Positions 38,274 through 46,810 of a stretch of 64,000 bases of DNA are shown here, piece by piece; the first letter of the stretch is position 1, and every line of letters begins with the position of its first letter. The position numbers and the translations under genes were made by a program. Source of the stretch: an uncultured Gemmatimonadales bacterium (GTDB taxonomy: Bacteria; Gemmatimonadota; Gemmatimonadetes; Longimicrobiales; Gaopeijiaceae). The notes beneath the pieces were generated by a model. The model did no database searches. It was not told where the DNA came from and worked only from the letters and a program-made list of their open reading frames with translations. The stretch is from contig CAWELD010000003.1 of assembly GCA_963809895.1 (NCBI GenBank), positions 2,368,001-2,432,000 of the forward strand. Direction: 5' to 3'.

Positions 38274-38373
38274 GACGGCCTCCCCGTGGAGTTGAGGAAA
38301 GCCACCTCCACGAGCCAGCAGGCCTTCCCCTACGGTCCATCGGTCTCTATATGGACCCGGTGCACGCTGCGGG

Positions 38374-39963
38374 TCAACGACCCTGTTGTCCGAGGGCGCG
38401 CCACCGGGCCCCGGCGCGCTTCAGCAGCTCGTCGCCGGCCGCCGGCCCCTCGCTGCCCGCAGCGTAGTTGGGGAAGTCGGTCGGGCGCTCCGACGCCCAC
38501 GCCTGGATCACCGGATCCACGACTCTCCAGGCCTCCTCGACCCCGTCGTCTCGAGTGAAGAGGGTGGCGTCGCCCACCATGGCGTCCAACAGAAGCGTCT
38601 CATAGGCGGAGTGCTCCGCTGCGCCGAAGGCCTCCGCGTAGGTGAAGTTCATGGTCGCCGAGGTCATGTGCAGGCCCGCGCCGGGAACCTTGAGGTTGAA
38701 GCACAGCGAGATGCCGTCGTCGGGCTGCACCTGGATCACCAGCGTGTTCAGCGCCATGCCGTCCTCGGCGTCGGGAAACACGAGGTGAGGCGGACGGCGA
38801 AACCGGATGGCGATCTCGGTGTCCCGGCGCGCCATGCGTTTTCCGGAGCGCAGGAAGAACGGCACCCCGTTCCAGCGCCAGTTGTCGATCATCAGCCGCA
38901 TGGCGGCCCAGGTGGGCGTGGCCGAGTCGGGCTCGACCCCGTCCTCGTGCCGGTAGCCGGGCACGGCGTCCCCGTCGACGGTCCCGGGGCCGTACTGACC
39001 GCGCACCGCCCAGGCGCTCAGATCTGCGGCATCCACCGGGCGGATGGCCTCGAGCACCTTCGCTTTCTCGTCCCGCACCGCATCGGCGCGAAACGCCGAG
39101 GGCGGCTCCATGGCGGTGAGCGAGAGGAGCTGCATGAGGTGGTTCTGAAACATGTCCCGCACCACCCCCGCCTCCTCGTAATACCCGGCGCGATGCCCCA
39201 CGCCGACCTGCTCGGCCGCGGTGATCTGCACGTGCTGGATGTGGGTGCGGTTCCACACCGGCTCGAAGATGGAATTCGCGAAGCGCAGCACCAGCAGATT
39301 CTGGACGGTTTCCTTTCCCAGATAGTGATCGATGCGGTAGATCTGGTGCTCCGCGAACCGCTTCTTCACGACCCGGTTGAGAGCCCGCGCCGTGTCGAGG
39401 CTGCGCCCGAACGGCTTCTCGATGATGATCCGCACCCAGGGCCGCTCGTCGGCGCTCTCATGTCTGGGAGCGATGCCGCTGGAGGCGAGCCCCTCGATGG
39501 CCGTCTCGTAGACGCTGGGAGGGACGGCCAGGTAGAACAGGCGACCTCCGGGCTCGGCCCGATCTCCCTCCACCTCGGCGAGACGCTGCTCCAGCCGCTC
39601 GAAGAGGCCCGGATCCGCCAGATCGCCCGAGACGTATCCGATTCGCGGCGCGAAAGCCTGCCAGGCGTCCTCGTCCAGCTCGCCAGGGCCGTTCACCTCG
39701 GCCGACTCGGTCAGCGTGGCCTTCATGTCCTGACGAAGCGACTCGTCGCTACCCTCGTCCCGCCCGACCCCCAGCACCGCGAAGCCCGGATCGAGAAGCC
39801 CGTCACGGTGCAGGTGGAACAGCGCCGGCATGAGCTTGCGGTGGGTCAGGTCGCCGCTGGCGCCGAAGATGACCATGGTGCAGGCCTCTCCCGTGCGCGG
39901 CGGTCGTGGGGTCGGGGCCCCGTCGTCGCCGAGGTGGACCGGGACCCGAAGCTGCTCGCTCAT
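38374..39963 (-). CDS. zwf: Glucose-6-phosphate 1-dehydrogenase
   Basis: GASGDLTHRKL, IEKPFG, RIDHYLGKE, RDMFQNHL. Confidence 0.97.
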   Translation of the reverse strand: MSEQLRVPVHLGDDGAPTPRPPRTGEACTMVIFGASGDLTHRKLMPALFHLHRDGLLDPGFAVLGVGRDEGSDESLRQDMKATLTESAEVNGPGELDEDAWQAFAPRIGYVSGDLADPGLFERLEQRLAEVEGDRAEPGGRLFYLAVPPSVYETAIEGLASSGIAPRHESADERPWVRIIIEKPFGRSLDTARALNRVVKKRFAEHQIYRIDHYLGKETVQNLLVLRFANSIFEPVWNRTHIQHVQITAAEQVGVGHRAGYYEEAGVVRDMFQNHLMQLLSLTAMEPPSAFRADAVRDEKAKVLEAIRPVDAADLSAWAVRGQYGPGTVDGDAVPGYRHEDGVEPDSATPTWAAMRLMIDNWRWNGVPFFLRSGKRMARRDTEIAIRFRRPPHLVFPDAEDGMALNTLVIQVQPDDGISLCFNLKVPGAGLHMTSATMNFTYAEAFGAAEHSAYETLLLDAMVGDATLFTRDDGVEEAWRVVDPVIQAWASERPTDFPNYAAGSEGPAAGDELLKRAGARWRALGQQGR

Positions 39964-40880
39964 GCCTTCTTCACCGCGTGTCCGCCGAACTCGTGACGGA
40001 GCGCGGCGATGACCTTGGCCGCGAAGGACTCTTCCTGGCGCGAGCGGAAACGCGCCTGCAGCGCCAGCGTGATGACCGGGGCCGGCACGTCCAGGTCGAT
40101 GGCCTCCTGCACCGTCCATCGGCCCTCGCCCGAATCGGCGACCCAGCCCCGGATGTCGGTGAGGCCACCGTCCTTCTCGAACGCGTCCTCGGCCAGCTCG
40201 TTGATCCAGGAGCGGATGACGCTGCCCCGGTTCCAGACCGCGGCGACCTGATGCAGGTCCACGTCGAAGCGGTCCGAGGCGTGGAGGATCTCGTAGCCTT
40301 CCGCGTAGGCCTGCAGCACCCCGTACTCGATACCGTTGTGCACCATCTTCACATAGTGGCCCGCGCCGGTGGGCCCGACGTGGGCGTAGCCGTCTTCGGG
40401 GGCGAGGGACCGGAAGACCGGTTCGACCTCGGCCACCGCCTCGTCGGGTCCGCCCACCATGAGGCAATACCCTATCTTCAGCCCCCAGACCCCTCCGCTG
40501 GTGCCGGCATCGAGGTAGTGTACGCCGCTCTTCTTCAGGGATTCACCACGCCGGAGGGTGTCGTGGAAGTTGGAGTTTCCGCCATCGATCACGATGTCGC
40601 CTGCCTCGAGATGTGCCTCCAGGGCGTTCAGCGTGGCATCGACGGGATCCCCGGCGGGCACCATCACCCAGATGATCCGAGGTGACGGCAGGCGCCGGCA
40701 CAGGTCGGCGAGATCGTCGGCGGGCTCGGCCCCTTCGTCGGCCAACGCGCGCACGGCGTCGGGATCGCGGTCCCAGACCACCAGGTCGTGGCCGTCGCCT
40801 CGCAGCCGGCGCACCATGTTTCCACCCATGCGCCCCAACCCGATCATGGCCAGGCGCTTCGTCTCTCGATCCATCGTCAT
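39960..40880 (-). CDS. gnd: Decarboxylating 6-phosphogluconate dehydrogenase (short form)
   Basis: GLGRMG, IDGGNS, GTSGG, KMVHNGIEYG, DSGEGRWT. Confidence 0.96.
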   Translation of the reverse strand: MTMDRETKRLAMIGLGRMGGNMVRRLRGDGHDLVVWDRDPDAVRALADEGAEPADDLADLCRRLPSPRIIWVMVPAGDPVDATLNALEAHLEAGDIVIDGGNSNFHDTLRRGESLKKSGVHYLDAGTSGGVWGLKIGYCLMVGGPDEAVAEVEPVFRSLAPEDGYAHVGPTGAGHYVKMVHNGIEYGVLQAYAEGYEILHASDRFDVDLHQVAAVWNRGSVIRSWINELAEDAFEKDGGLTDIRGWVADSGEGRWTVQEAIDLDVPAPVITLALQARFRSRQEESFAAKVIAALRHEFGGHAVKKA

Positions 40881-41509
40881 CTCTCCCGGGCCCCGGACCA
40901 GCGCACCCCCTCCTCGAGGAGAGCGTCCGCGAGTGCTTCGGGCCCTGTATAGTGAATGGTGCGCATGCCGAGCCTGCGGGCGGGCACCAGGTTCTGGTCA
41001 CGGTCGTCGATGAAGAGCGTGGCGGCCGGCTCCGCCTGCGCCACTGCCAGCGCCATCTCGTAGATGCGCCGGGCCGGCTTGGTCACGCCCAGGAAGCAGG
41101 AGCTGAAGAACGCCTCGAACACCGGTCGCAGCCCGAAGGCGCGAATGCGGTGCTCGTTGAGCTCCGCGGACTCGTTGTTGAGCGTCATGAGGCGGTAGTC
41201 CCCCGAGCGCGCCAGCCGCCGGGCCAGCGCGATGGTCTCTTCGTGGGGACGGCTCCGCCCCATCATGAAGCGCCAGAAGTCCTCCCGGGAAAAGTCCCGG
41301 GGGCGGTGGAACACGGTGGCGTCCAGGTACTCGTCCAGCGTCATCTCCCCTTGCTCGAAGGACCCCACAGCCTCGCGGTGGAGCTCGTCGTACACCTCGG
41401 CATCGAGGTCGAAGGTCTCCACCGCATCCGCCCGGGACACGTGGTCCCAGCCGTTGGTCCCCAACACGCCACCGACGTCGAAGAAGATGTGGGTCAGCTG
41501 CATGGTCAT
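40877..41509 (-). CDS. HAD family phosphatase
   Basis: FFDVGGVL, KP, FIDD motifs; ATGA overlaps at both ends. Confidence 0.9.
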   Translation of the reverse strand: MTMQLTHIFFDVGGVLGTNGWDHVSRADAVETFDLDAEVYDELHREAVGSFEQGEMTLDEYLDATVFHRPRDFSREDFWRFMMGRSRPHEETIALARRLARSGDYRLMTLNNESAELNEHRIRAFGLRPVFEAFFSSCFLGVTKPARRIYEMALAVAQAEPAATLFIDDRDQNLVPARRLGMRTIHYTGPEALADALLEEGVRWSGARER

Positions 41510-42492
41510 CCCTGTGGGTTCAGCGCCGCGACCGCCGCGCCCAACAGCCCGACGTCGGCGTTCATGATGACGTGGACGGGGGTGCGCTCCAGCATCTCGG
41601 AGAGGCGCCCCTTGGTTCGAAAGGCCTCGAGAAAGCCCAGTTCCACCAGATGGTCGGCCAGCCGCGGCACGATGCCTCCCGCGAGGTAGACGCCCCCGGT
41701 GGCCAGCACGGTGAGCACGAGGTTGCCCGCCTGGGAACCCAGGCTGCCCACGAAGATCTCCAGCGTCTTTCGACAGAGCGGGTCGTCGTCGGCCAACCCG
41801 TGCCGCGAGATGACCGCCGCCGGGTCGTCCGAGGACATCTCCCGGCGTACCGCGTCCCGCTCCGAAGCCCATTCCAGCGCGACCAACGCCCGATAGACGT
41901 GGCCGAGTCCCGGTCCGGAGACGATGCGCTCGTAGGACACGTGGGGATGCGACGCGCGCAGCCACGCCAACACGCGATCCTCGAGCTCGTTGCGGGGGCC
42001 GAAGCTCACGTGCCCTCCCTCGGAGTGGACGGGGATCCAGCGCTCGTTCCGGCGGACGACGAAGCCCTCGCCGAGCCCGGTGCCGGGACCGATGAGGGCC
42101 CGGGGAGCCGCAGGCGAAGACGCGCCCTCCTGCAACGTCGTCAGGTCGCCGGGCCCCAGATGCTCGACCGCGTATCCCACCGCCTCGAAATCGTTGATGA
42201 TGCGGGCCCCGGGCAGCCCGAGGCGCTGGGCCAATCCCTCCACCTTCACGCCCCAGGGCAGATTCGGCGCCCGGCACTCCCCTTCGCGGATGCGACAGGC
42301 GATGCCGAAGCACGCCGCTTGCGCCGCTCCGCCGGTCTCGCGGAGGAAGCGCGCCACCAGGGCTTCGAGACCATCGGCCTCGGCGCTGGCGTAGCTCGCT
42401 CGTTCCAGGATCCGGGGACCCGCGCCATCGGCCCCCTCCACCAGCGCGAGACGTGCGTGCGTGCCGCCGATGTCTCCGGCCAGGACTCTCAC
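41506..42492 (-). CDS. glk: Glucokinase
   Basis: GDIGGT, INDFEA, GPGTGLG, SEGGH, ERIVSGPG; GTGA overlap with pgl. Confidence 0.95.
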   Translation of the reverse strand: MRVLAGDIGGTHARLALVEGADGAGPRILERASYASAEADGLEALVARFLRETGGAAQAACFGIACRIREGECRAPNLPWGVKVEGLAQRLGLPGARIINDFEAVGYAVEHLGPGDLTTLQEGASSPAAPRALIGPGTGLGEGFVVRRNERWIPVHSEGGHVSFGPRNELEDRVLAWLRASHPHVSYERIVSGPGLGHVYRALVALEWASERDAVRREMSSDDPAAVISRHGLADDDPLCRKTLEIFVGSLGSQAGNLVLTVLATGGVYLAGGIVPRLADHLVELGFLEAFRTKGRLSEMLERTPVHVIMNADVGLLGAAVAALNPQG

Positions 42493-43199
42493 GGGTCCCC
42501 TCCGGCGAGGCCGCTCGCGGCGGCAGCGTCGACGATCCAGATGCCTCGCCGTGCCAAGCGCGCCGGTGTTTCCGCAACGTCGCCCTGGGGAGCGAGCGCA
42601 GCCCGCACCGCCACCGCCTTGCTCGCCCCCCGGACCAGAACGAGAACCCGGCGGGCGGTCTCGATCACGGGGGGCGTCACGGTGAGACGGGCGCGCGGCT
42701 CGAAGGGCGCGTCCGCCGGCAGCACCAGCCGGGTCGTCTCGGACAGCGCCGCACCCCCCGGAAAGAGCGAAGCGGTGTGGCCGTCGGGCCCCACGCCGAG
42801 GATGAGCAGATCCAACCGCTCCGGAAGCGCAGCCTCGTAGGCCCGAGCCGCCCGGCGCCGGTCGGGGTCCTCGCCACGCATGCGGTGCACCTGCTCCGGC
42901 GGGACCGGTACCCGGTCCAGGAGCGTGGCCCGCGCCATACCGAAATTGCTGTCGCCATCCGCGGGGGGGACGCAGCGCTCGTCTCCGAAATAGACGTGCA
43001 CCCGGGACCAGTCCGCGGCCTGAAGGCGAGGCGACCGAGCCAGGGCACGGTAGACGGGCCGCGGGGTGGTGCCTCCGGCCAGTGCCAGATGGCACGCGCC
43101 ACGCTTCTCCCACGCCTGCTCCATGGCGTCGACGATCTCCCGGACCGCCTCGTCGACGAAGACCCGATCGGAGTCGAGCACACGGGTGTCGGGCTTCAT
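42489..43199 (-). CDS. pgl: 6-phosphogluconolactonase
   Basis: LAGGTTP, GDERCVP, LGVGPDGHTASLFP. Confidence 0.95.
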   Translation of the reverse strand: MKPDTRVLDSDRVFVDEAVREIVDAMEQAWEKRGACHLALAGGTTPRPVYRALARSPRLQAADWSRVHVYFGDERCVPPADGDSNFGMARATLLDRVPVPPEQVHRMRGEDPDRRRAARAYEAALPERLDLLILGVGPDGHTASLFPGGAALSETTRLVLPADAPFEPRARLTVTPPVIETARRVLVLVRGASKAVAVRAALAPQGDVAETPARLARRGIWIVDAAAASGLAGGDP

Positions 43200-45943
43200 G
43201 CGTCGGCCGCCGGCTTCGAGTCGCGTCGCCGGGCCACGTCCTCCAGGCACCGCAGCACCAGGGCGGTCCAACCGGTCTGATGGCTCGCACCGAGGCCGCG
43301 TCCGGTGTCGCCGTGGAAGTGCTCGTAGAAGAGCACCAGATCACGCCACAGGGGATCGTCGCGGTAGCGCAGCTCGTCGCCGTGGCTCGGCCGCCGCCCG
43401 TCGGAGTCCGGAACGAACAGCCGTGTCAGTCGGCGATTGAGCTCGCCGGCCACGGCATCCAGGGTCATGCGCTTCCCCGAGCCCGTGGGGCACTCGACCT
43501 CCAGGTCGTCACCGTAGAAGTGGTGGTAGCGCTCCAGGGCCTCGATGATCAGGTAGTTGACCGGAAACCACACGGGCCCGCGCCAGTTGGAGTTTCCGCC
43601 GAAGAGGTGCGAGGTGGATTCTCCCGGCTCGTAGGCGACACGATGCTCCTCGCCACCCAGTTCCAGGACGAAGGGATCCTCGGCGTGGGCTCTGGACAGC
43701 GACCGGATCCCGTACGGAGAGAGGAACTCGTCCTCGTCGAGAAGGCGGGACAGGATGCGCTCCAGGCGGCCACGCGTGGGAACCGCCAGCAGGCGTCGCG
43801 GTGACGAGCGGGGTCCGCCGCGGGCCAGACAGGTGATGCGCTCCGCCAGCTCGGGCCTCACCCGCAGCAGCCACTCCCTGCGAGCCGAGAAGTCGGACAG
43901 CCGGGCCACGACCTCCTCGTCCATCACGTGGCAGGCCACCATGGGCAGGAGCCCCACCAGCGAACGCACTCGCATGGGAATCTCACGACCGTCCACGTAG
44001 AGTCGGTCGTAGTAGAAACCGTCCTCCTCGTCCCAGAGCCCGCTGCCGCCCAGGGTGTTGATGGCCTCGCCGATGGCCAGGAAGTGCTCGAAGAACCTGG
44101 ACGCCATGTCCTCGTAGACCGGATCACCGTCGGCCAGCTCCACGGCCATGGCGAACATGGTGAGGCAGTAGAAGGCCATCCACGCGGTGCCGTCGGCCTG
44201 TTCGAGCCGCCCACCGCCGGGTAACGGACGGGACCGGTTGAAGACCCCGATGTTGTCCAGACCGAGGAAGCCGCCGGCAAACAGGTTCTGGCCGTCGGGG
44301 TCCTTGCGATTCACCCACCATGTGAAGTCCAGCAGGAGCTTCTGGAAGGCACGGGCCAGGAAGGCCCGGTCCCGACCCCCGCGAGGCCCGGTCATCTTGT
44401 AGGCCCTCCAGCAGGCCCACGCGTGGACCGGCGGGTTCACGTCGCCCAGGGCGTACTCGTAGGCGGGAATCTGGCCGCTGGGGTGCATGTAGGATTCGCC
44501 CAGGAGCAGCAGGAGCTGCGACCGGGCGAAGTCCGCGTCCAACGAGGCGTGGAGGAGGCTCTGGAAGGCCAGATCCCAGGCGGCGTACCAGGGATACTCC
44601 CAGGTGTCCGGCACGGAGACGACGCCGCGGTTGTACAGATGCCGCCACTCCCCATTGCGGACCGCGCCCCGACCGGGGGGCGGCGACGGCTGGGCGGGAT
44701 CACCGTCGAGCCATTCTCGAACCACGTAGTGGTAGAAGCGGGTGGACCAGAGCAGGCCGGCCCGGGCCTGGCGGGCCACTCGCGCCTCGTCGTGTGTGGC
44801 CGCGGCAGGGGTGCGATGGGCGTGCTCGCGATCGGCCTCGGCCACGCGGCGGCGCACGACCTCGTCGAACCCGTCGCCGAAGGGCTCGGGGGGCGCGACG
44901 GCATCGGCGCAGAGCCGAAGCCGGAGCTGCACCTCGGCGCCCGCCCCGATGTCCAGGGAGTGGTGGAACGCCGCCCGGGTGCCTTCGAGGTCGGGATTCA
45001 CGGCATCGGCACGCCCCTCGATCAGGTGGTCGTGAAAGGCGTCCTTCACCCACGGCGAGCCGTTCGCGGCCCCGAACAGCCGCCGCGCATTGGTCTCGTT
45101 GTCGGTGAAGAGAGCGGCCGGAGCTCCGCCGGGCCCACGGTCTCCGTGCAGGTGGTAGCGTCCCAGCGCCGGGTGGTCGGCCACCATGTGCCCGGACCCC
45201 GCCAGCCGGATGGCAGGCTTGGCCCAGTAGCCCGTCTCGCCCTCCCGACCCCACGCCCACGTGTTGCGGAACCAGAGCATGGGCAGCACGTGGAGCGTCT
45301 CGCGCCGAGGCCCCTGGTTGCGCGCAGTGACGCGCACCAGGATGTCGTCGGGCGAGGCCTTGGCGTACTCCACCGTCACATCGAAGAAGCGATTGCCGTC
45401 GAAGATCCCCGTGTCGAGGAGCTCCAACTCGCGGTCGGCGAGGCCCCGGCGCCCATTCCCCTCCACGAGCGCCTGATAGGGAAACGCGGCCTGGGGATAG
45501 CGGTAGAGCGCCTTCAGGTAGGCGTAGCCCGGCGTCGCGTCGAGGTAGTAGTAGCACTCCTTGACGTCCTCGCCGTGGTTGCCCTCCTGCTCGGTGAGCC
45601 CGAAGAGGCGCTCCTTGAGGATGGGGTCGCGGCCGTTCCAGAGCGCCAGGCCGAAGCAGAGCACACAATCCCGGTCACACAGCCCCAGCAGCCCGTCTTC
45701 ACCCCAGCGATACGCCCGGCTGCGAGCGTGGTCGTGAGGGAGGTAGCTCCACGCCGATCCGTCCGCGGAGTAGTCCTCCCGGACCGTTCCCCACTGGCGC
45801 GCCGGAAGGTACGGCCCCCAGCGCAGCCAGCGTGTGCGCTCGTCGGCGTCCTCGGTGGGACGTCGGGATTCGGGCGGGTCCTCGGCCAGGTCATCCACAT
45901 CGGATGAAACCGGCGACGGGCCCCCGTGTTCCAGGGGCGGCAC
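43196..45943 (-). CDS. GH63-like (MGH1-like) glucosidase
   Basis: WGTVREDYS, WEYPWYAAWDLAF, GFLGLDNIG, NSNWRGPVW, GASHQTGWT. Start uncertain (GTG at 45898 is an alternative). Confidence 0.9.
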   Translation of the reverse strand: MPPLEHGGPSPVSSDVDDLAEDPPESRRPTEDADERTRWLRWGPYLPARQWGTVREDYSADGSAWSYLPHDHARSRAYRWGEDGLLGLCDRDCVLCFGLALWNGRDPILKERLFGLTEQEGNHGEDVKECYYYLDATPGYAYLKALYRYPQAAFPYQALVEGNGRRGLADRELELLDTGIFDGNRFFDVTVEYAKASPDDILVRVTARNQGPRRETLHVLPMLWFRNTWAWGREGETGYWAKPAIRLAGSGHMVADHPALGRYHLHGDRGPGGAPAALFTDNETNARRLFGAANGSPWVKDAFHDHLIEGRADAVNPDLEGTRAAFHHSLDIGAGAEVQLRLRLCADAVAPPEPFGDGFDEVVRRRVAEADREHAHRTPAAATHDEARVARQARAGLLWSTRFYHYVVREWLDGDPAQPSPPPGRGAVRNGEWRHLYNRGVVSVPDTWEYPWYAAWDLAFQSLLHASLDADFARSQLLLLLGESYMHPSGQIPAYEYALGDVNPPVHAWACWRAYKMTGPRGGRDRAFLARAFQKLLLDFTWWVNRKDPDGQNLFAGGFLGLDNIGVFNRSRPLPGGGRLEQADGTAWMAFYCLTMFAMAVELADGDPVYEDMASRFFEHFLAIGEAINTLGGSGLWDEEDGFYYDRLYVDGREIPMRVRSLVGLLPMVACHVMDEEVVARLSDFSARREWLLRVRPELAERITCLARGGPRSSPRRLLAVPTRGRLERILSRLLDEDEFLSPYGIRSLSRAHAEDPFVLELGGEEHRVAYEPGESTSHLFGGNSNWRGPVWFPVNYLIIEALERYHHFYGDDLEVECPTGSGKRMTLDAVAGELNRRLTRLFVPDSDGRRPSHGDELRYRDDPLWRDLVLFYEHFHGDTGRGLGASHQTGWTALVLRCLEDVARRRDSKPAADA

Positions 45944-45964
45944 GCCGACGCGCCCCCGAGAGGC

Positions 45965-46810
45965 CTACAGTCCTTCCCGGATGAGGCGGCCGAAGGCCCC
46001 GTCGCCCTGGGCGAGCGCGGCCCGGGCCCGCTCGTCCACGCGGAAATGCCGGCGCGCTTCCTCCAGCGGCAGCTCGGTGTCCAGAATGCCGTGCTCCAGG
46101 GCGAGGCGGTCGGAGTACCCGGGGAGCACCACGCCCCATCCCCAGGGAAGCGGATCCTCGAGCACGCGGTTGACGTGGGTGCGCAGATTCGTGGTGCAGT
46201 TGTCGAAGAAGGTATTGTAGAACTCCGGGTGTACGCGCACGGCCTCGGCTCGGTTGAGCATGTCGACGAACAAGGCCTGCGCCTGCTCCGGCGTCGCGCG
46301 GGACGGATAGAGAAAGAGCCGGTCTCCGCGCACCGCCCTGAGTCCGATGATGTCCTGCTCGGTGGCGACCACGTAGGTGACTTCGAAGCGCCGCAGCATC
46401 CCCCCGATGAGCGAGTACTCCTCGCCTCGCTCCCGGCGAGCCTCCACCGAGATCGCGATGAAGCGGTCGCCGGTCAGCTCGAAGCTGAGGAGGCTGTGCG
46501 CCAGGCCACGGAACCGGGACGCGAACGGCGCCAGCACGAACCAGACGCGGCGCACGTCCGCCAGCTTCACGGTCTCCTCCCGGTAGGCCACCGTGAACTC
46601 GCCCCCGGGACGATGGCGGAAATCCCGCAGATTCTCGATGCGCACCTCACCGTCACCGAAGACGATGCGGGCCGGCCGGGCCTGGTCCACCGCCCAGTCC
46701 CGGTCCGCCCGCGGCGTGCGGCGCGCCACGACCACCGCCGTGATCCCGGCGACCAGCACCAGGATCACGGCGGCCAGCGCCGCGAGCCGGGCTACCGTAT
46801 GCCCATCCAC
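45965..46810 (-). CDS. DUF4105 domain protein
   Basis: N-terminal TM; AHSLLSF, ISVEARRE, FYNTFFDNCTTN. Confidence 0.85.
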   Translation of the reverse strand: MDGHTVARLAALAAVILVLVAGITAVVVARRTPRADRDWAVDQARPARIVFGDGEVRIENLRDFRHRPGGEFTVAYREETVKLADVRRVWFVLAPFASRFRGLAHSLLSFELTGDRFIAISVEARRERGEEYSLIGGMLRRFEVTYVVATEQDIIGLRAVRGDRLFLYPSRATPEQAQALFVDMLNRAEAVRVHPEFYNTFFDNCTTNLRTHVNRVLEDPLPWGWGVVLPGYSDRLALEHGILDTELPLEEARRHFRVDERARAALAQGDGAFGRLIREGL

